Below, one piece after another: positions 9,747-20,850 of a DNA stretch of 64,000 nucleotides (position 1 is its first letter; each line of letters begins with the position of its first letter). The DNA lies in the IMG/VR virus record IMGVR_UViG_3300033049_000041, positions 1 to 64,000 of that record. The stretch is one strand, 5' to 3'. Source of the DNA: a virus. A model generated the notes under the pieces. That model was not told where the DNA came from and searched no databases. It saw only the letters and a program-made list of their open reading frames with translations. A program made the translations under genes and the position numbers.

Positions 9747-11741
9747 TTAATGTGCCCAGTAATCTCCAATTACACCTTCAGCATTCATTTGTACTGTAGT
9801 ACACCATAAATCTGCAGCACGTTTCATACATTCTTCCATTACCTCTTTGCATTCATCTACACAGTCTTCTCTAGCTTCACAATTAATTTCATCATGTACT
9901 ATATTAGTAATCTGAAATCTATCAAAAGCATTGTGTTTTACTAGATATTCTCTAATATAAATAACTGCTAATTTGGTCATTGAGCCTGCACATCCTTGAA
10001 TTGGATAATTCAAACTTGCCCTTTCCAGCTTACCCTTCAACTTATTATAAGCTTTGAAATCACCTATATTATAAGAATCAGTCATTTGTTGAGTATATGG
10101 AAAGAAATACTTCCTGTTAGTATGCTTATCAATAACGATATATCCATTCTTAACAGCTTCAGCTTTACACTTATCGAAATAATCTCTTAGTCCTGGGAAT
10201 GCTTTAAAGTAAGCATCATATACAAAATCACCTTGTTTTTGTGGTATTCCTAAATTCTTTGCAATTGTGAATCCTGAACCACCATATTGAATTGCAAATC
10301 CTGCTGCTTTAGCATTCTGTCTATATTCTAATAGTGTGTGCTCATAATCAGTCAGTTCATTATATCCTACTTCGGATTTACGTTCCTTAGCAGCTAATAT
10401 ATCCTCCATAGGAACACTATAGATTTTACTAGCCACAAACGAATGCATATCAGATGAACCTGACTCATAGAATTCCAATAGATTTGGATCTAAAGTTTTA
10501 TTAGCAAATATCACTGATTCTTGACCCGAATAATCTGCATTAACAATCTTATATCCTTTAGGAGCATCGAATGCCATACGATAAATAGGTAAAGCAGGTA
10601 TATTCTGAAGATTAGGACTCGTACTACTAATACGACCAGTCTTCATAATTTGCTTATAATTGCTATGTAATCGTCCTGTAATAGGATTCACATACTTAAA
10701 GAATTTAATCCCAAAAGTAGAGATAGCTTGACTAGAACCTGCTAATTTTAAGTAAGTTTTAATTAACCATCTATTCTCATCTGTTAACGTATCATCTGTA
10801 AGTACTACTTGAAGTTCTTTAGCTTCTACAGTTTTACGCATTAACTTAGTACTTTTACTCTCAGCTTCTGGACATATACCTAAGTGGTCAAAGAATGCCA
10901 CTACTTGTTTAGCAGAAGTCCATTTAATACCACAAGACATTTCACTACTAAATAAATCCAGTTGCTTATTGGTAAACTTAGGATAGTACTTAACTATGTG
11001 TGCATCTAATGTTATTTTTAATTTCTTAAATCGTACCAATGCATCCTGATAAGCTCTCTCCCATACTATCGTATTAAAGTGCAATCCTTTAGCTTCAATA
11101 TCACCTGCAGCTATTAAGAATCTCATTTCCAGAAACATACAATTCATCAAACCTTTCTCTCGAAGTAAGCCAATTTGTTGTTCTTTTATTAGCAACGGAT
11201 AGATTATATCTTCAGCACCATACTCTATTTGTCTCTTAGTGAATGGTTTCTTACCAATAGTTAAGAACTCTAATCGAGTACTCTTATCTACAGTAATTCC
11301 TAAGTACCTATGATTTAAGTCTTTTAAACTAAACCTCATCCAATAATATCCATTATGGAGTATCTGTTCACCAATCATGGTGTCATATACTCTATGTAAT
11401 CGAATACCAAAATGTACTAAGAAAAACTTATACTCGAATTTTATGTTATGCCCTAATATAATCTTAGTAGCAAGCAGTTTCATTAATTTAGTCACATCTA
11501 CAACTCGTGTATCTATAACAAATTGTTTGTTAACATCACCTACTTGTAGCATTACAATATCAGATAAGTGAGGATTCAAACCCTCAGCTTTGCCGTACTT
11601 GCCTTTAAATTTCCTAGTAGTCTCAATATCCACACCAACTAAGGTAAGCGCTTCAATGTACCGTATACACTCTTCTATGGTATTGTTCCTTAATCCTCGT
11701 ACTTCATACGGAGCAACTAATACACAATTTATTTTTTTCAT
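9747..11741 (-). CDS. polA: DNA polymerase family A with 3'-5' exonuclease domain
   Basis: GVDIET, GHNIKFE, YGAED exonuclease motifs; TGRISS, PNLQNIP, ADYSGQE, RQNAKAAGFAIQYG, NYPIQG, VHDEI polymerase motifs. Confidence 0.95.
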   Translation of the reverse strand: MKKINCVLVAPYEVRGLRNNTIEECIRYIEALTLVGVDIETTRKFKGKYGKAEGLNPHLSDIVMLQVGDVNKQFVIDTRVVDVTKLMKLLATKIILGHNIKFEYKFFLVHFGIRLHRVYDTMIGEQILHNGYYWMRFSLKDLNHRYLGITVDKSTRLEFLTIGKKPFTKRQIEYGAEDIIYPLLIKEQQIGLLREKGLMNCMFLEMRFLIAAGDIEAKGLHFNTIVWERAYQDALVRFKKLKITLDAHIVKYYPKFTNKQLDLFSSEMSCGIKWTSAKQVVAFFDHLGICPEAESKSTKLMRKTVEAKELQVVLTDDTLTDENRWLIKTYLKLAGSSQAISTFGIKFFKYVNPITGRLHSNYKQIMKTGRISSTSPNLQNIPALPIYRMAFDAPKGYKIVNADYSGQESVIFANKTLDPNLLEFYESGSSDMHSFVASKIYSVPMEDILAAKERKSEVGYNELTDYEHTLLEYRQNAKAAGFAIQYGGSGFTIAKNLGIPQKQGDFVYDAYFKAFPGLRDYFDKCKAEAVKNGYIVIDKHTNRKYFFPYTQQMTDSYNIGDFKAYNKLKGKLERASLNYPIQGCAGSMTKLAVIYIREYLVKHNAFDRFQITNIVHDEINCEAREDCVDECKEVMEECMKRAADLWCTTVQMNAEGVIGDYWAH

Positions 11742-11753
11742 ACTTAGTTTATA

Positions 11754-12554
11754 CTAAGTTAAGAAGAATTGACAATATTTTTCAAAGACTTTCATATACT
11801 TAGCAGCCTCTTCATTTGGTGTCCCTAATTCCTTATCAGTTAAGGAATTAAAGTCTTTTTCTGATCTAGATAACCACTTATCCGCAACATTTTTCGGAAT
11901 AGTGTAACTACCATCTTCGTTCTCTGTACAACGTCCAAATGTATACTTAATCAATGATGCCATCGAATAGTGTGATACTGTAGTCAACTCCTTAGTTAAC
12001 TTATTTTGGATATGTTCTTTTACAATGAAATAAGTATCTTTCAACCACAGTGCATCTCCTAATGCATTATGTGCTTTCCCTATTAACGGAGATACTCTTA
12101 GAATGTCTCGTTTAGACCATCCTAAGCAATCATGTGCTAAGGTTTTTATATCAGTATAGTACCAAAATTTAGTTGCTTGCATAGCTTCTTGCATATTACC
12201 AAACAACTCCATACAGAATACCCACCAGTCATAAGCCGACCAAAAACCTATTAATTGAGGATTAGGGTCATCTTTAATAACATCTAGTATGCCTTGTTTA
12301 ATTTGCTCTCTATTCATCTTACAGCCTTCACCCATTAGATTGGGTAATACATGTTCTTTCAAGAACACATGTTTATTGGCTGCTTTCTTATTAAACCAAT
12401 TGGCTTCACCGTAAAAATATGATTTCTTACTATCTTCAGGTACTAATGCAATAGAAATAAGTTCTGTTGTATTAACCTTATTATCAATAGGTAATCCAAA
12501 TAACTTTGGTTGTTTTGTGAACTCTAAAAATTCACAGTCAATGAAATATTTCAT
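11754..12554 (-). CDS. DEDDh 3'-5' exo(ribo)nuclease (Rv2179c/RNase AS-like) with extra C-terminal domain
   Basis: FIDCEF, ISIALV, AYDW, HNALGDA motifs. Confidence 0.75.
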   Translation of the reverse strand: MKYFIDCEFLEFTKQPKLFGLPIDNKVNTTELISIALVPEDSKKSYFYGEANWFNKKAANKHVFLKEHVLPNLMGEGCKMNREQIKQGILDVIKDDPNPQLIGFWSAYDWWVFCMELFGNMQEAMQATKFWYYTDIKTLAHDCLGWSKRDILRVSPLIGKAHNALGDALWLKDTYFIVKEHIQNKLTKELTTVSHYSMASLIKYTFGRCTENEDGSYTIPKNVADKWLSRSEKDFNSLTDKELGTPNEEAAKYMKVFEKYCQFFLT

Positions 12555-12578
12555 TGTAATTATTTTATAAGTAAAACT

Positions 12579-13448
12579 CTATTCATCATCATCCGCATCA
12601 TCTTCTTCCTCGAATAAATCTAAATCGTCTATTTCTTCATAGTCTACATCAAGCTGAACGTCAAGTGCTTGTTCTTCATGTATAAACTCCAATTCATCTT
12701 CATTAAAGATAACATCTTCATCTTCAAACTTTAATTCTAATTCTTCTAGTCTAATTTCTTTTCTATCTGCATTACTGATTATAGAATTACCTTTAGTAAT
12801 ATAATGTAATATTCCACTATTTTGACCTTCTTCATTAGGAGATATACAGACGAGCGTCCTAATACTCCTAGTAGTTCTAAATGGACTACTATATCCATCC
12901 GACGGATATTGTACAATCCATTTCTCTATTCTCCATATAGAGTGTGCCCATTTATTTAGACACGTTTGTTGTATAAAACGAATGATAGTAGTATTATCAA
13001 ATTCTTCAAAGAAATCTCTCTTACTACCCCATTTAGTTTTATACTGAGTTATAATATCTTTAAGTACATTAGGATTATTAATATCAGTAGTAACAATAGT
13101 AGATAAATGTTGATACATAGTATTCATATCAGCATCAACGTGATGTACTCCACTTCGTTTAATGCCTTGTAAGTGAATACTTAATTTAGCAAATACTCTA
13201 TTACGATACAATTGCTCTTTATCTAAAGGCAAATGACCTTCATGTCCTTGTTCTCCTATGACTCTATCTTCTAATTTTGTAAACAATTTCTCGTTATAAA
13301 TAATAAAAGATAATCCTTTCTCTACCCTCTCAATAAGTTTTACTTTAGTATCAGGTCTAGTCTGTAACTTATAGTCTTTATAGATAGTAATAGCTTCTCC
13401 AGTATTACTAATATTTTCTAATTCTGCACTAGTTCTAAATGTATCCAT
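12579..13448 (-). CDS. Hypothetical protein with acidic C-terminus
   Basis: 289 aa ORF. Confidence 0.7.
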   Translation of the reverse strand: MDTFRTSAELENISNTGEAITIYKDYKLQTRPDTKVKLIERVEKGLSFIIYNEKLFTKLEDRVIGEQGHEGHLPLDKEQLYRNRVFAKLSIHLQGIKRSGVHHVDADMNTMYQHLSTIVTTDINNPNVLKDIITQYKTKWGSKRDFFEEFDNTTIIRFIQQTCLNKWAHSIWRIEKWIVQYPSDGYSSPFRTTRSIRTLVCISPNEEGQNSGILHYITKGNSIISNADRKEIRLEELELKFEDEDVIFNEDELEFIHEEQALDVQLDVDYEEIDDLDLFEEEDDADDDE

Positions 13449-13517
13449 ACAAAAAAAGCAACTAGTAGAAACTAATTGCTTATAGTAATTTTAAAGATTA
13501 AAACTTAAGTCTTTCTT

Positions 13518-14108
13518 TTACGTACTCATAAACCCAATTGGATTTACTTTTTTATTATTAACAATCACTTCATAATGAAGATGCGGGTTAGTAGATGTAC
13601 CAGTACTACCTGAATATCCAATAACTTGCCCTTTGCTTATACGTTGGTTAACTTTAACAGATATATTTTTTAGATGAGCATATAGTGTTTTGTACTTGTT
13701 ACTATGCTCTATGACTATATTATTGCCATAACCCGTTTTACTGTACTGTATTCTAATAACTTTACCACTTGCAGTAGATAAGACATCTGTACCACTAGGG
13801 CATCCTATATCAATTCCTGAGTGGAATTTTAACTTTTTTGATATTGGATGTATTCTAGTACCAAAACCACTACAACTATGTAATGACTTCTTTAACATTT
13901 TATCTTGTACAGGTAATCCACTAGGTATTATTACTGTATCTGCTACTGGAGAAATTATTTTAATTACTTCTTTAATAAGCGTTATAGGCTTATCAACATA
14001 AATAATTTCTTTGCTCTGAGGTTTTTGAAAACTCAAAAAACTAGTAAAAAATATAAAAGCTATTATATTTAGGTATAATCCATATCTCATGATGTGTTTT
14101 TTAATCAA
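13518..14108 (-). CDS. M23 family metallopeptidase (peptidoglycan hydrolase)
   Basis: HSGIDIG, GYGN, TLYAHL, GSTGTSTNPHLHYEV; hydrophobic N-terminus. Confidence 0.92.
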   Translation of the reverse strand: MIKKHIMRYGLYLNIIAFIFFTSFLSFQKPQSKEIIYVDKPITLIKEVIKIISPVADTVIIPSGLPVQDKMLKKSLHSCSGFGTRIHPISKKLKFHSGIDIGCPSGTDVLSTASGKVIRIQYSKTGYGNNIVIEHSNKYKTLYAHLKNISVKVNQRISKGQVIGYSGSTGTSTNPHLHYEVIVNNKKVNPIGFMST

Positions 14109-14114
14109 ACAATA

Positions 14115-14837
14115 CTACTCTTTGGTAGCTCTACTTTTAACAACAAATGCTTGTTGTAGTATTTCATGCATAATAAATGGAGTCAGCCTATAGGATAGAT
14201 GTATAAACTCTATAGTTGAACATCTAGTATTTTCAATAACTACTCCTTTATCAATATCAATAAATTCTATTAATTTAGCTACTACTCCATTTGATTGCAT
14301 GCCCAAAGATATAGGTTTAGTAAGTTTAAACGGTTCAATCTTAGACAATTCTACAAGTAGTAGTTTTTCATACTCTGATTGAGCTTCTGAAATATTATTT
14401 CTATATTTCTCTGCTCTAGTCAGTGGATGTCCAAAGGTATCATAATACTTCATAGTATCCTTAAGTGCTTCATACAACTTTATGTTGTTATCCTTTCCCC
14501 AAATCTTATACACTTTTGTACTCAAGATATTAGAGCTTAATGCTTTTAAAGCAGGTTTACTATAACTTTTTAAAGTTTCTGCAAATGATAATACAACACC
14601 TTGTTCACTAAACATAGGATACTTAATAATAAATCCACCATTCTCTATGATACTAATCGCACTATTAGTCAATTCGTAGTAACCATCTGGCATTAAAGTA
14701 AGTAACTTCAAGCCTAGTAATCTATCTTTTTCTTCAACATCAAATAAGGATACTGGAATATCCTTAGATTTCATCTTATTAGAATACAGAAGTCTTAATA
14801 CTAATTCTTCATTATTCGTAAGTTTATCTTTTCCCAT
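14115..14837 (-). CDS. Hypothetical protein
   Basis: 240 aa ORF. Confidence 0.65.
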   Translation of the reverse strand: MGKDKLTNNEELVLRLLYSNKMKSKDIPVSLFDVEEKDRLLGLKLLTLMPDGYYELTNSAISIIENGGFIIKYPMFSEQGVVLSFAETLKSYSKPALKALSSNILSTKVYKIWGKDNNIKLYEALKDTMKYYDTFGHPLTRAEKYRNNISEAQSEYEKLLLVELSKIEPFKLTKPISLGMQSNGVVAKLIEFIDIDKGVVIENTRCSTIEFIHLSYRLTPFIMHEILQQAFVVKSRATKE

Positions 14838-14929
14838 GAAATATGAGTTATTTACTTTGATTCTTCTCTTTTTCTATAAAAACTTTATAATTAAGGAGCC
14901 TGTATTAACCCCCTTAATTATAAAGTTTT

Positions 14930-15508
14930 TTACTCAGAGTACCATACGAATGGAACATCATCTAACACAGTTAGGATATTAGTACCATCGTTAAAAGTTT
15001 CATTTTCAAATTTCTCTTTTATTATAGTTTCTCTAATGGAATCATACGCATTCTTAAACGCATCTTTTCCATAGCTGAAGTTATCAGCAAGTTCTTCTTT
15101 GGTATATTCTGGATACTTCTTCAATAACTTATTATCAAAGTCTGAGTACTCCAGTAATAAAATCTTATCATGCCTATATAAGGCATTAATACGATATTTT
15201 GTTGCTTTCAATATAGAAGAACGTAAGTCAAAAAACTTAGCTTGACGTTCTTTTATTGTGGACTCCGTTAAAGGTTTCTTATTAACATCCAAAGTTAACT
15301 TATATTTTGGATCTTTACCTTCAAATATTAATTTACGGACTAAATAAGGTGGATTCTTTCTAGAACATCTTATCTTATCAGCAGGAAATTCTAAGAATGC
15401 AGCTAGTGCTTCTTTACCTAATTCCTTAGTATACGCACGTACAAAGTGTGTTTGTACATCTTTCTCCCCTCTTACCTTAACAGTATATTTAAATACTATT
15501 TTTTTCAT
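14930..15508 (-). CDS. Hypothetical protein
   Basis: 192 aa ORF. Confidence 0.65.
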   Translation of the reverse strand: MKKIVFKYTVKVRGEKDVQTHFVRAYTKELGKEALAAFLEFPADKIRCSRKNPPYLVRKLIFEGKDPKYKLTLDVNKKPLTESTIKERQAKFFDLRSSILKATKYRINALYRHDKILLLEYSDFDNKLLKKYPEYTKEELADNFSYGKDAFKNAYDSIRETIIKEKFENETFNDGTNILTVLDDVPFVWYSE

Positions 15509-15560
15509 TCACACGGTTCTAATAGGATAAAGTACTTAGTACCTATTATTAATTAATTAA

Positions 15561-16994
15561 TTACACTAAAATAGTTACTTTACTCCTAGCCCTAGTAACA
15601 GAGGTATATAAGCTTTGTAGCTTCTCCTTGTTATCTATAGGGGTTATAGTAATTATGTCTCGTAGATTTACATACACGTTATTATAAGTTGCACCCTGTA
15701 CAATATAAGTATTTACAGAGTAAGCATACCCAAATTCACAGAAGAATTCATAAAAACCAAAGTAACTTATCCAATCTCTAACTTGTAGACTCCTAGATGC
15801 TTTGTTTTTTAAGTTTGTTCTGTACTTAAAGTATGTTGGATCCTTCTCATTCTGCAATACTACTACATTAAAGTGGACTTTTCCATATTCATCCACTAAA
15901 TCTAATAGATATACAGGAATAGTTGCAATAGATTCTCCATCTTGTTGCATCATGAACTCTGAAAAGGCATCTTCTAGCATTATTTTCTTAAAGTAACCAT
16001 ACTTAGTAGATACTAATGCATTAGATTCCTTAACTTTCTGTATTCTAAACACCTTATGGGTAGTAATAGTATTCTCTAAGTCCTCTTTTGGTCCTCGTTT
16101 ACATACTATGACCTCCCCTTCTACATACTTACGCTTAGTATCTACTAGGATATTACGTACCTTATTAGCTAAGTACTTAGTAGTATTCTTACGATAGTTA
16201 ATTAGTACAGCGTGTTTAAGCTCTGTAGAAGTATTATAGTCATCTATAAATTGTTGATAGAAAGCTTCTGGATTTCTACTAAATGAGTAATCCTTATCTT
16301 TATCTTTCACAAAGTCCATCAAGAACTTAAAATTATGGTTATTAGGTTTGTCAATCTCATCAGCAATAGCTGAAGCTAACAACTCTATATCACCTTCATA
16401 TCTAAAAGGTATATTCAACTTAATTCCTGGTAACTTACATGTAAATCGTTAAACACTACAGCAATATTATCAGGGATACATGCTACTTGTTTTTCAAAAA
16501 GCTCGTGAATTGTTATGTTTTGAGGATAAGATGCTACTGTGTTATTGAAATCAAGCATGGTTTGAAAGCAAGTCTAACTGCTTTATAGGAGGATATACTA
16601 TCTCTTTATTACCAGTTTTCTTTTGCTTATGGTCTGGTAAAAATAGAATCTCTCCTGTCTTGGTAATAGTTCTCTTTAACTTCAATAAAGCAGCAATAGT
16701 AAAAAACTTAGGAAATATCTTTTCGATTTTTGCTAACTTAATTCTATCTCCTAGCACTGTTTTAGCTCCATGAGATATAGCAGCTCCACCTACTTTAATA
16801 TTACCAATATGACAACTCCTATCATCTGACATCAACTCAGCAATTCGTTGAATTAATTCAATAGCTAACTGAGTCTTACCTGTCCCTGCTTTTCCTGCTA
16901 CAGTCAACTCTTTCTCACCTGCCTCATACAAAGCAACAAGTTCATTTAACTTAACTTTTTGGTCTGCAGCGGCTCTTTTTTGTTGTTCCGTCAT
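15561..16994 (-). pseudogene. Dda/RecD-like SF1B helicase interrupted by a foreign segment
   Basis: N-part 16551-16994 has GKAGTGKT; C-part 15561-16418 has YAYSVNTYIVQGATY and LYTSVTRA; the Walker B/motif III region is replaced by unrelated sequence. Confidence 0.75.
16421..16564 (-). other. Fragment resembling the start of an NRPS adenylation domain
   Basis: Translates from 16558 as MLDFNNTVASYPQNITIHELFEKQVACIPDNIAVVFNDLHVSYQEL. Confidence 0.75.
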
Positions 16995-17080
16995 TGTATA
17001 AACAATAAAAGAGAACCGAAGTTCCCTTATTTAACTTATCTAGCTAACTAGACATATCTTTCTTTTACGGCAACACTGTA

Positions 17081-17461
17081 TTACCTTTTGCTTCGGTTTA
17101 TAAATTCCTCAGCATTGTATCTCTTACGAGGTCTATTTTTACCTATTTCTTCTTTAGGTGTATTGTCCTTTTTTATAGTCCTGGACATAATAGTTGCATT
17201 ATATAAATTACCATTATAATTAGCAGCAATTTCACTATCAGTTGCATTACATGCTGGACTTATATTAATGATACGGATTCCTTCAGTAGGATACTTCTTC
17301 AAAACAGTATTACCATCTTCGTCTATAGACTCTGAGTTTTTCAAAGTACCATGATATAACTTAACTGTTCTAGTTAACTTAGCATTAATATCCTTCGTAG
17401 AGATTTTTGTAGCTTTATTTCTACTTGCACTAATAGCTTCCTTATATGTTTTCTTAGACAT
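17081..17461 (-). CDS. Basic hypothetical protein
   Basis: 126 aa ORF. Confidence 0.65.
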   Translation of the reverse strand: MSKKTYKEAISASRNKATKISTKDINAKLTRTVKLYHGTLKNSESIDEDGNTVLKKYPTEGIRIINISPACNATDSEIAANYNGNLYNATIMSRTIKKDNTPKEEIGKNRPRKRYNAEEFINRSKR

Positions 17462-17478
17462 TTTGTGTTTGTTTTTAA

Positions 17479-18267
17479 TTACTTAATCTTCAATCGCACG
17501 TAGTGATCTCCTCTAAAGTCTCCTTTAGTTGTAGTAAACATCAATCCTTTTTCTTTAAGTCTCAATGTACCATTATTATCTTTAGGTATCTTCACTTTCA
17601 CATTGTCATCTAAAGTCGGGATGACAACCTCCTCACTATCTTTTGTAATTAATACTGTACTTACAACAACTGGATAAGCTTTATCCTTTCTATATTCTAA
17701 CTTAAATATAGATTTAGTTGCAACATTTAACTTAAGAATTAAATCTGCATCTTCATAAGTACTATCACCTAGACCTTTATAAATAATTTCATTATCGCTA
17801 TTCATCAAAGTTGAATGAATATATAAGTCTACTGATAACTTTTGTGTAGACAATTCACCAGCACAAATACTACAAGCAGCACCTAAACACACTGCACAAG
17901 CTTTCTTACGAGTATAATGAACCACTTGATTTAATCCATCATGTAGTTCTTTCACACTCACATTTATAGTTACAATTGCATCTTTAGGCACAGGAGTACT
18001 ATTTTGCTCTGTACGAGCAGTTCTCTTGTTCCCGAACGGATTACGTTGGTTACGTGTAGTATCTTCTTTAGGCACTATTTTAACCTTACTCAATAAGGTA
18101 TAGGCAGAGGTAATTTGCTTAAACTTAAGTTCATCACCTCCTGTATCAGGATGATATTTCTTAGCAAGTACTCTATAATTCTTCTTCAATTTAGCCTTGA
18201 AGTTATTAGGTTCTAATCCTAGTAAACTACAAGCATTGGTAAATTTTAATCTATTCATTTTTTCCAT
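17479..18267 (-). CDS. dnaJ: DnaJ-like co-chaperone
   Basis: J domain with KKYHPD, reduced CxxC zinc finger, C-terminal LRLKEKGL...RGDHYV. Confidence 0.85.
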   Translation of the reverse strand: MEKMNRLKFTNACSLLGLEPNNFKAKLKKNYRVLAKKYHPDTGGDELKFKQITSAYTLLSKVKIVPKEDTTRNQRNPFGNKRTARTEQNSTPVPKDAIVTINVSVKELHDGLNQVVHYTRKKACAVCLGAACSICAGELSTQKLSVDLYIHSTLMNSDNEIIYKGLGDSTYEDADLILKLNVATKSIFKLEYRKDKAYPVVVSTVLITKDSEEVVIPTLDDNVKVKIPKDNNGTLRLKEKGLMFTTTKGDFRGDHYVRLKIK

Positions 18268-18348
18268 TATTTTTACTAAAGATAATTAACCTCATAGTCT
18301 AAGTAAAAACAATCGTTCATTATGCAAATTAGTCTATCCCGCTTCTTA

Positions 18349-18699
18349 TTATTTTAGGTTTTTATAAATTAACTCAAGTTTGTCAGCTAGCACATCTTTT
18401 TGTGTACAGTACTCTTTAAGTTTTCTCTTATACGCTTCTTCAAGCTTAACTAATTTAGTATAATCAAAGAAACCACCAATACCACTACTAAAATATCTGT
18501 CTAGTTTATATCTTACTGCCATTAGTTTCTTAGTAACATTACGTTCTTTATAATAAGTATCAAGTACTTTATTACCTAAAGATTTACGTTCTTTGTCAAC
18601 TTGTCCTTCTATTGTGCCGTCTATCACATAATTAAGAAAAGCTAGAGAAACAATATCCCTAGCTTTTCTTGTGACAACTTCTTCAATGGATGCAACCAT
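18349..18699 (-). CDS. Hypothetical protein
   Basis: 116 aa ORF. Confidence 0.6.
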   Translation of the reverse strand: MVASIEEVVTRKARDIVSLAFLNYVIDGTIEGQVDKERKSLGNKVLDTYYKERNVTKKLMAVRYKLDRYFSSGIGGFFDYTKLVKLEEAYKRKLKEYCTQKDVLADKLELIYKNLK

Positions 18700-19097
18700 T
18701 ATACTAATTTACCTAATGCTGCATAAGCACTACATATCTCTTGATAGTTACTATCATCAGCAGCTAAGTTCAAGCATTTTATTACAGCATTATCCATTTT
18801 ACTGAATTTCTGTTTTGCTTCTAATCTAGATTTCTGACGTTTACTAGTATAACCTGCTGGTCTTAATATTTCACCTTGTTCAGATACTACTGACTCAGTA
18901 TCAGGTTTAATTTCTTTATACGCTTTCTTTAATTCTTTCAACTTACTAAAAGCTTTAGTTAAAGTACTAGCAAATTCCTTTACTTCTTTTCCTGCAGCTT
19001 CATCAACTACTCGTTCTGTAGATGAAATATGTTGCTGTACTACACTTGCTTTTAATGCTGCATTTAACGTTTCTAACGCTGTTCCCTTACTTTCCAT
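18699..19097 (-). CDS. Hypothetical protein
   Basis: 132 aa ORF, stop overlaps next start. Confidence 0.65.
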   Translation of the reverse strand: MESKGTALETLNAALKASVVQQHISSTERVVDEAAGKEVKEFASTLTKAFSKLKELKKAYKEIKPDTESVVSEQGEILRPAGYTSKRQKSRLEAKQKFSKMDNAVIKCLNLAADDSNYQEICSAYAALGKLV

Positions 19098-19117
19098 TCT
19101 TCCTCGATTCTTAACTA

Positions 19118-19888
19118 TTATCTCCCCTTCTCTTCAGGATACAGTGTCTTAACTTTTTTAGATTGCCAAACTTCCTTAGTATCAATATCCATTGCACTAA
19201 GTTTGCCTGACCATCCAGCACCCGTATCCATATTGTATAGATTATATATAATCATTGGAGTTGTTACACCCCAAGCTACAGTAGACGTATGTCCTATGTA
19301 TATCTCTTTATATAATAATAATCTATCATCCTTAACATTATACTCTTTCTTGTCGATAGACTTACGTATTAAGGTTCTATCCCAAACCACATTAGTAACA
19401 CTAGCTCTCAAATCCTCTTGAATGCCTAACGGTGAATGAAATCCACCATGTACAAACAATCTATTCTCACTATCAATATAATGATAATGACAATCACCTA
19501 AGAACTCTATCAACTCATCTGCAAAGCCTGGATTATCTTCAAACTCATCAGTGAGCTTAACACAAGTGATTCTACCACCATTCTGTAACCAAGAATCTCC
19601 AGGAGTTCCAGTCTTCAACCAACCTTCCAATCCCCATCTACAATCATGGTTTCCCATCAAGAAAATACAATTGTACTTTCTCTTGAATTCTATTAGATAG
19701 TTCATGGTTCTAACTACATCAGACCAACCATCTACATAATCTCCTAAGAATATAAAAGTATCCTCTGTAGTTGGTTTAACCTTCTTCATTAGTTCTACTA
19801 CTGCTAGATAAGAACTATGAATATCTCCAATTACAATAGTTCTACCTTTCTTTTCTTTCTCCTCTTTCTCCTTATTCTCCTTCCCCAC
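19118..19888 (-). CDS. Calcineurin-like metallophosphoesterase (PPP/NinI-like)
   Basis: GDIH, GDYVD, GNHD, FVHGG, GHT, DTGAG. Confidence 0.9.
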   Translation of the reverse strand: MGKENKEKEEKEKKGRTIVIGDIHSSYLAVVELMKKVKPTTEDTFIFLGDYVDGWSDVVRTMNYLIEFKRKYNCIFLMGNHDCRWGLEGWLKTGTPGDSWLQNGGRITCVKLTDEFEDNPGFADELIEFLGDCHYHYIDSENRLFVHGGFHSPLGIQEDLRASVTNVVWDRTLIRKSIDKKEYNVKDDRLLLYKEIYIGHTSTVAWGVTTPMIIYNLYNMDTGAGWSGKLSAMDIDTKEVWQSKKVKTLYPEEKGR

Positions 19889-19900
19889 TTTATTTTCACT

Positions 19901-20827
19901 TTAAATGAAAACTCCTAAGATTGCTAAGGCTGCTATTGCTATCATAGTAATAAGCGCACCTATAAATCTTCTTCTCTCTTTCTGCAAATACTTTAAAGAT
20001 TCGAAATTACTATTTCCTACTTTAATTATTTGATTTATTAGTTCATCATCCATTTCACCGAGATTAAATTCATCTCGATATAGATTGATTGTACCATTAT
20101 TAACTTCTAAGGTAGTAGTTTTACTAGCTTTAAGTCTCTTTATTTGTAATTCTAATCTATCCTTATCATTAAGAATACGTGCATTCCATTCGTCAGCTTT
20201 AAGTTTACTTAACTGTAAAGTTTCATTACTAACATATAACTTATTGTATTCCTTATGTATTTTTTTATTCTTAGTTTGTAACGATTCTACAGTAAGACCT
20301 CCATTACCAAAAAGACGTACTCTATGTTCTTTCTCTAAACTACGCTCTAGAGATGTAACTCTACCTTCTAAGCGAGCAACATCTAGTTTATATTGCTTTA
20401 TTCTACTAGATTCTCTAGCTGCAATCACAGTTAAGCTAGCTAAAGTAATAGAAATAGACTTCAACGAAGCTTCATTAACAAACCTTTGTTGTAAGTTATT
20501 ATTTTGAATTGGTTTACCATGATGAATAAATAAGTGAGCACAGTCTACTTCTCTTATACTTCGTACTTTGGTATTCTTAATTCTAACCTGTTCAATATCT
20601 GCCTGATTACTCATTTCTTGTAATCTTACTTGATGATTAGCTTCCTTTATGAAAGTAATTGTACTCTGTAAAGCTTCTACTTTATTCTCTAAGTACCTAT
20701 TATCTGTTAGTACTTGCTTAATTTCAATTGGTATCCTAATACCATTTATTTCTTTTACTACAGTTTTCCTACTACCTAAATAAGTTACAGCAGGTTCAAC
20801 ATCTTTAAAATTTATGCGTCGGCTCAT
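19901..20827 (-). CDS. Coiled-coil protein with C-terminal membrane anchor
   Basis: Heptads plus terminal FIGALITMIAIAALAILGVFI. Confidence 0.7.
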   Translation of the reverse strand: MSRRINFKDVEPAVTYLGSRKTVVKEINGIRIPIEIKQVLTDNRYLENKVEALQSTITFIKEANHQVRLQEMSNQADIEQVRIKNTKVRSIREVDCAHLFIHHGKPIQNNNLQQRFVNEASLKSISITLASLTVIAARESSRIKQYKLDVARLEGRVTSLERSLEKEHRVRLFGNGGLTVESLQTKNKKIHKEYNKLYVSNETLQLSKLKADEWNARILNDKDRLELQIKRLKASKTTTLEVNNGTINLYRDEFNLGEMDDELINQIIKVGNSNFESLKYLQKERRRFIGALITMIAIAALAILGVFI

Positions 20828-20850
20828 AGGTTTGTAGTTTTTGTAGTAAA

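Noticed and set aside
11161-11168. Extra CGAAGTAA match to the module core
   Set aside because: It lies inside polA coding sequence with no flanking stems or tRNA arms
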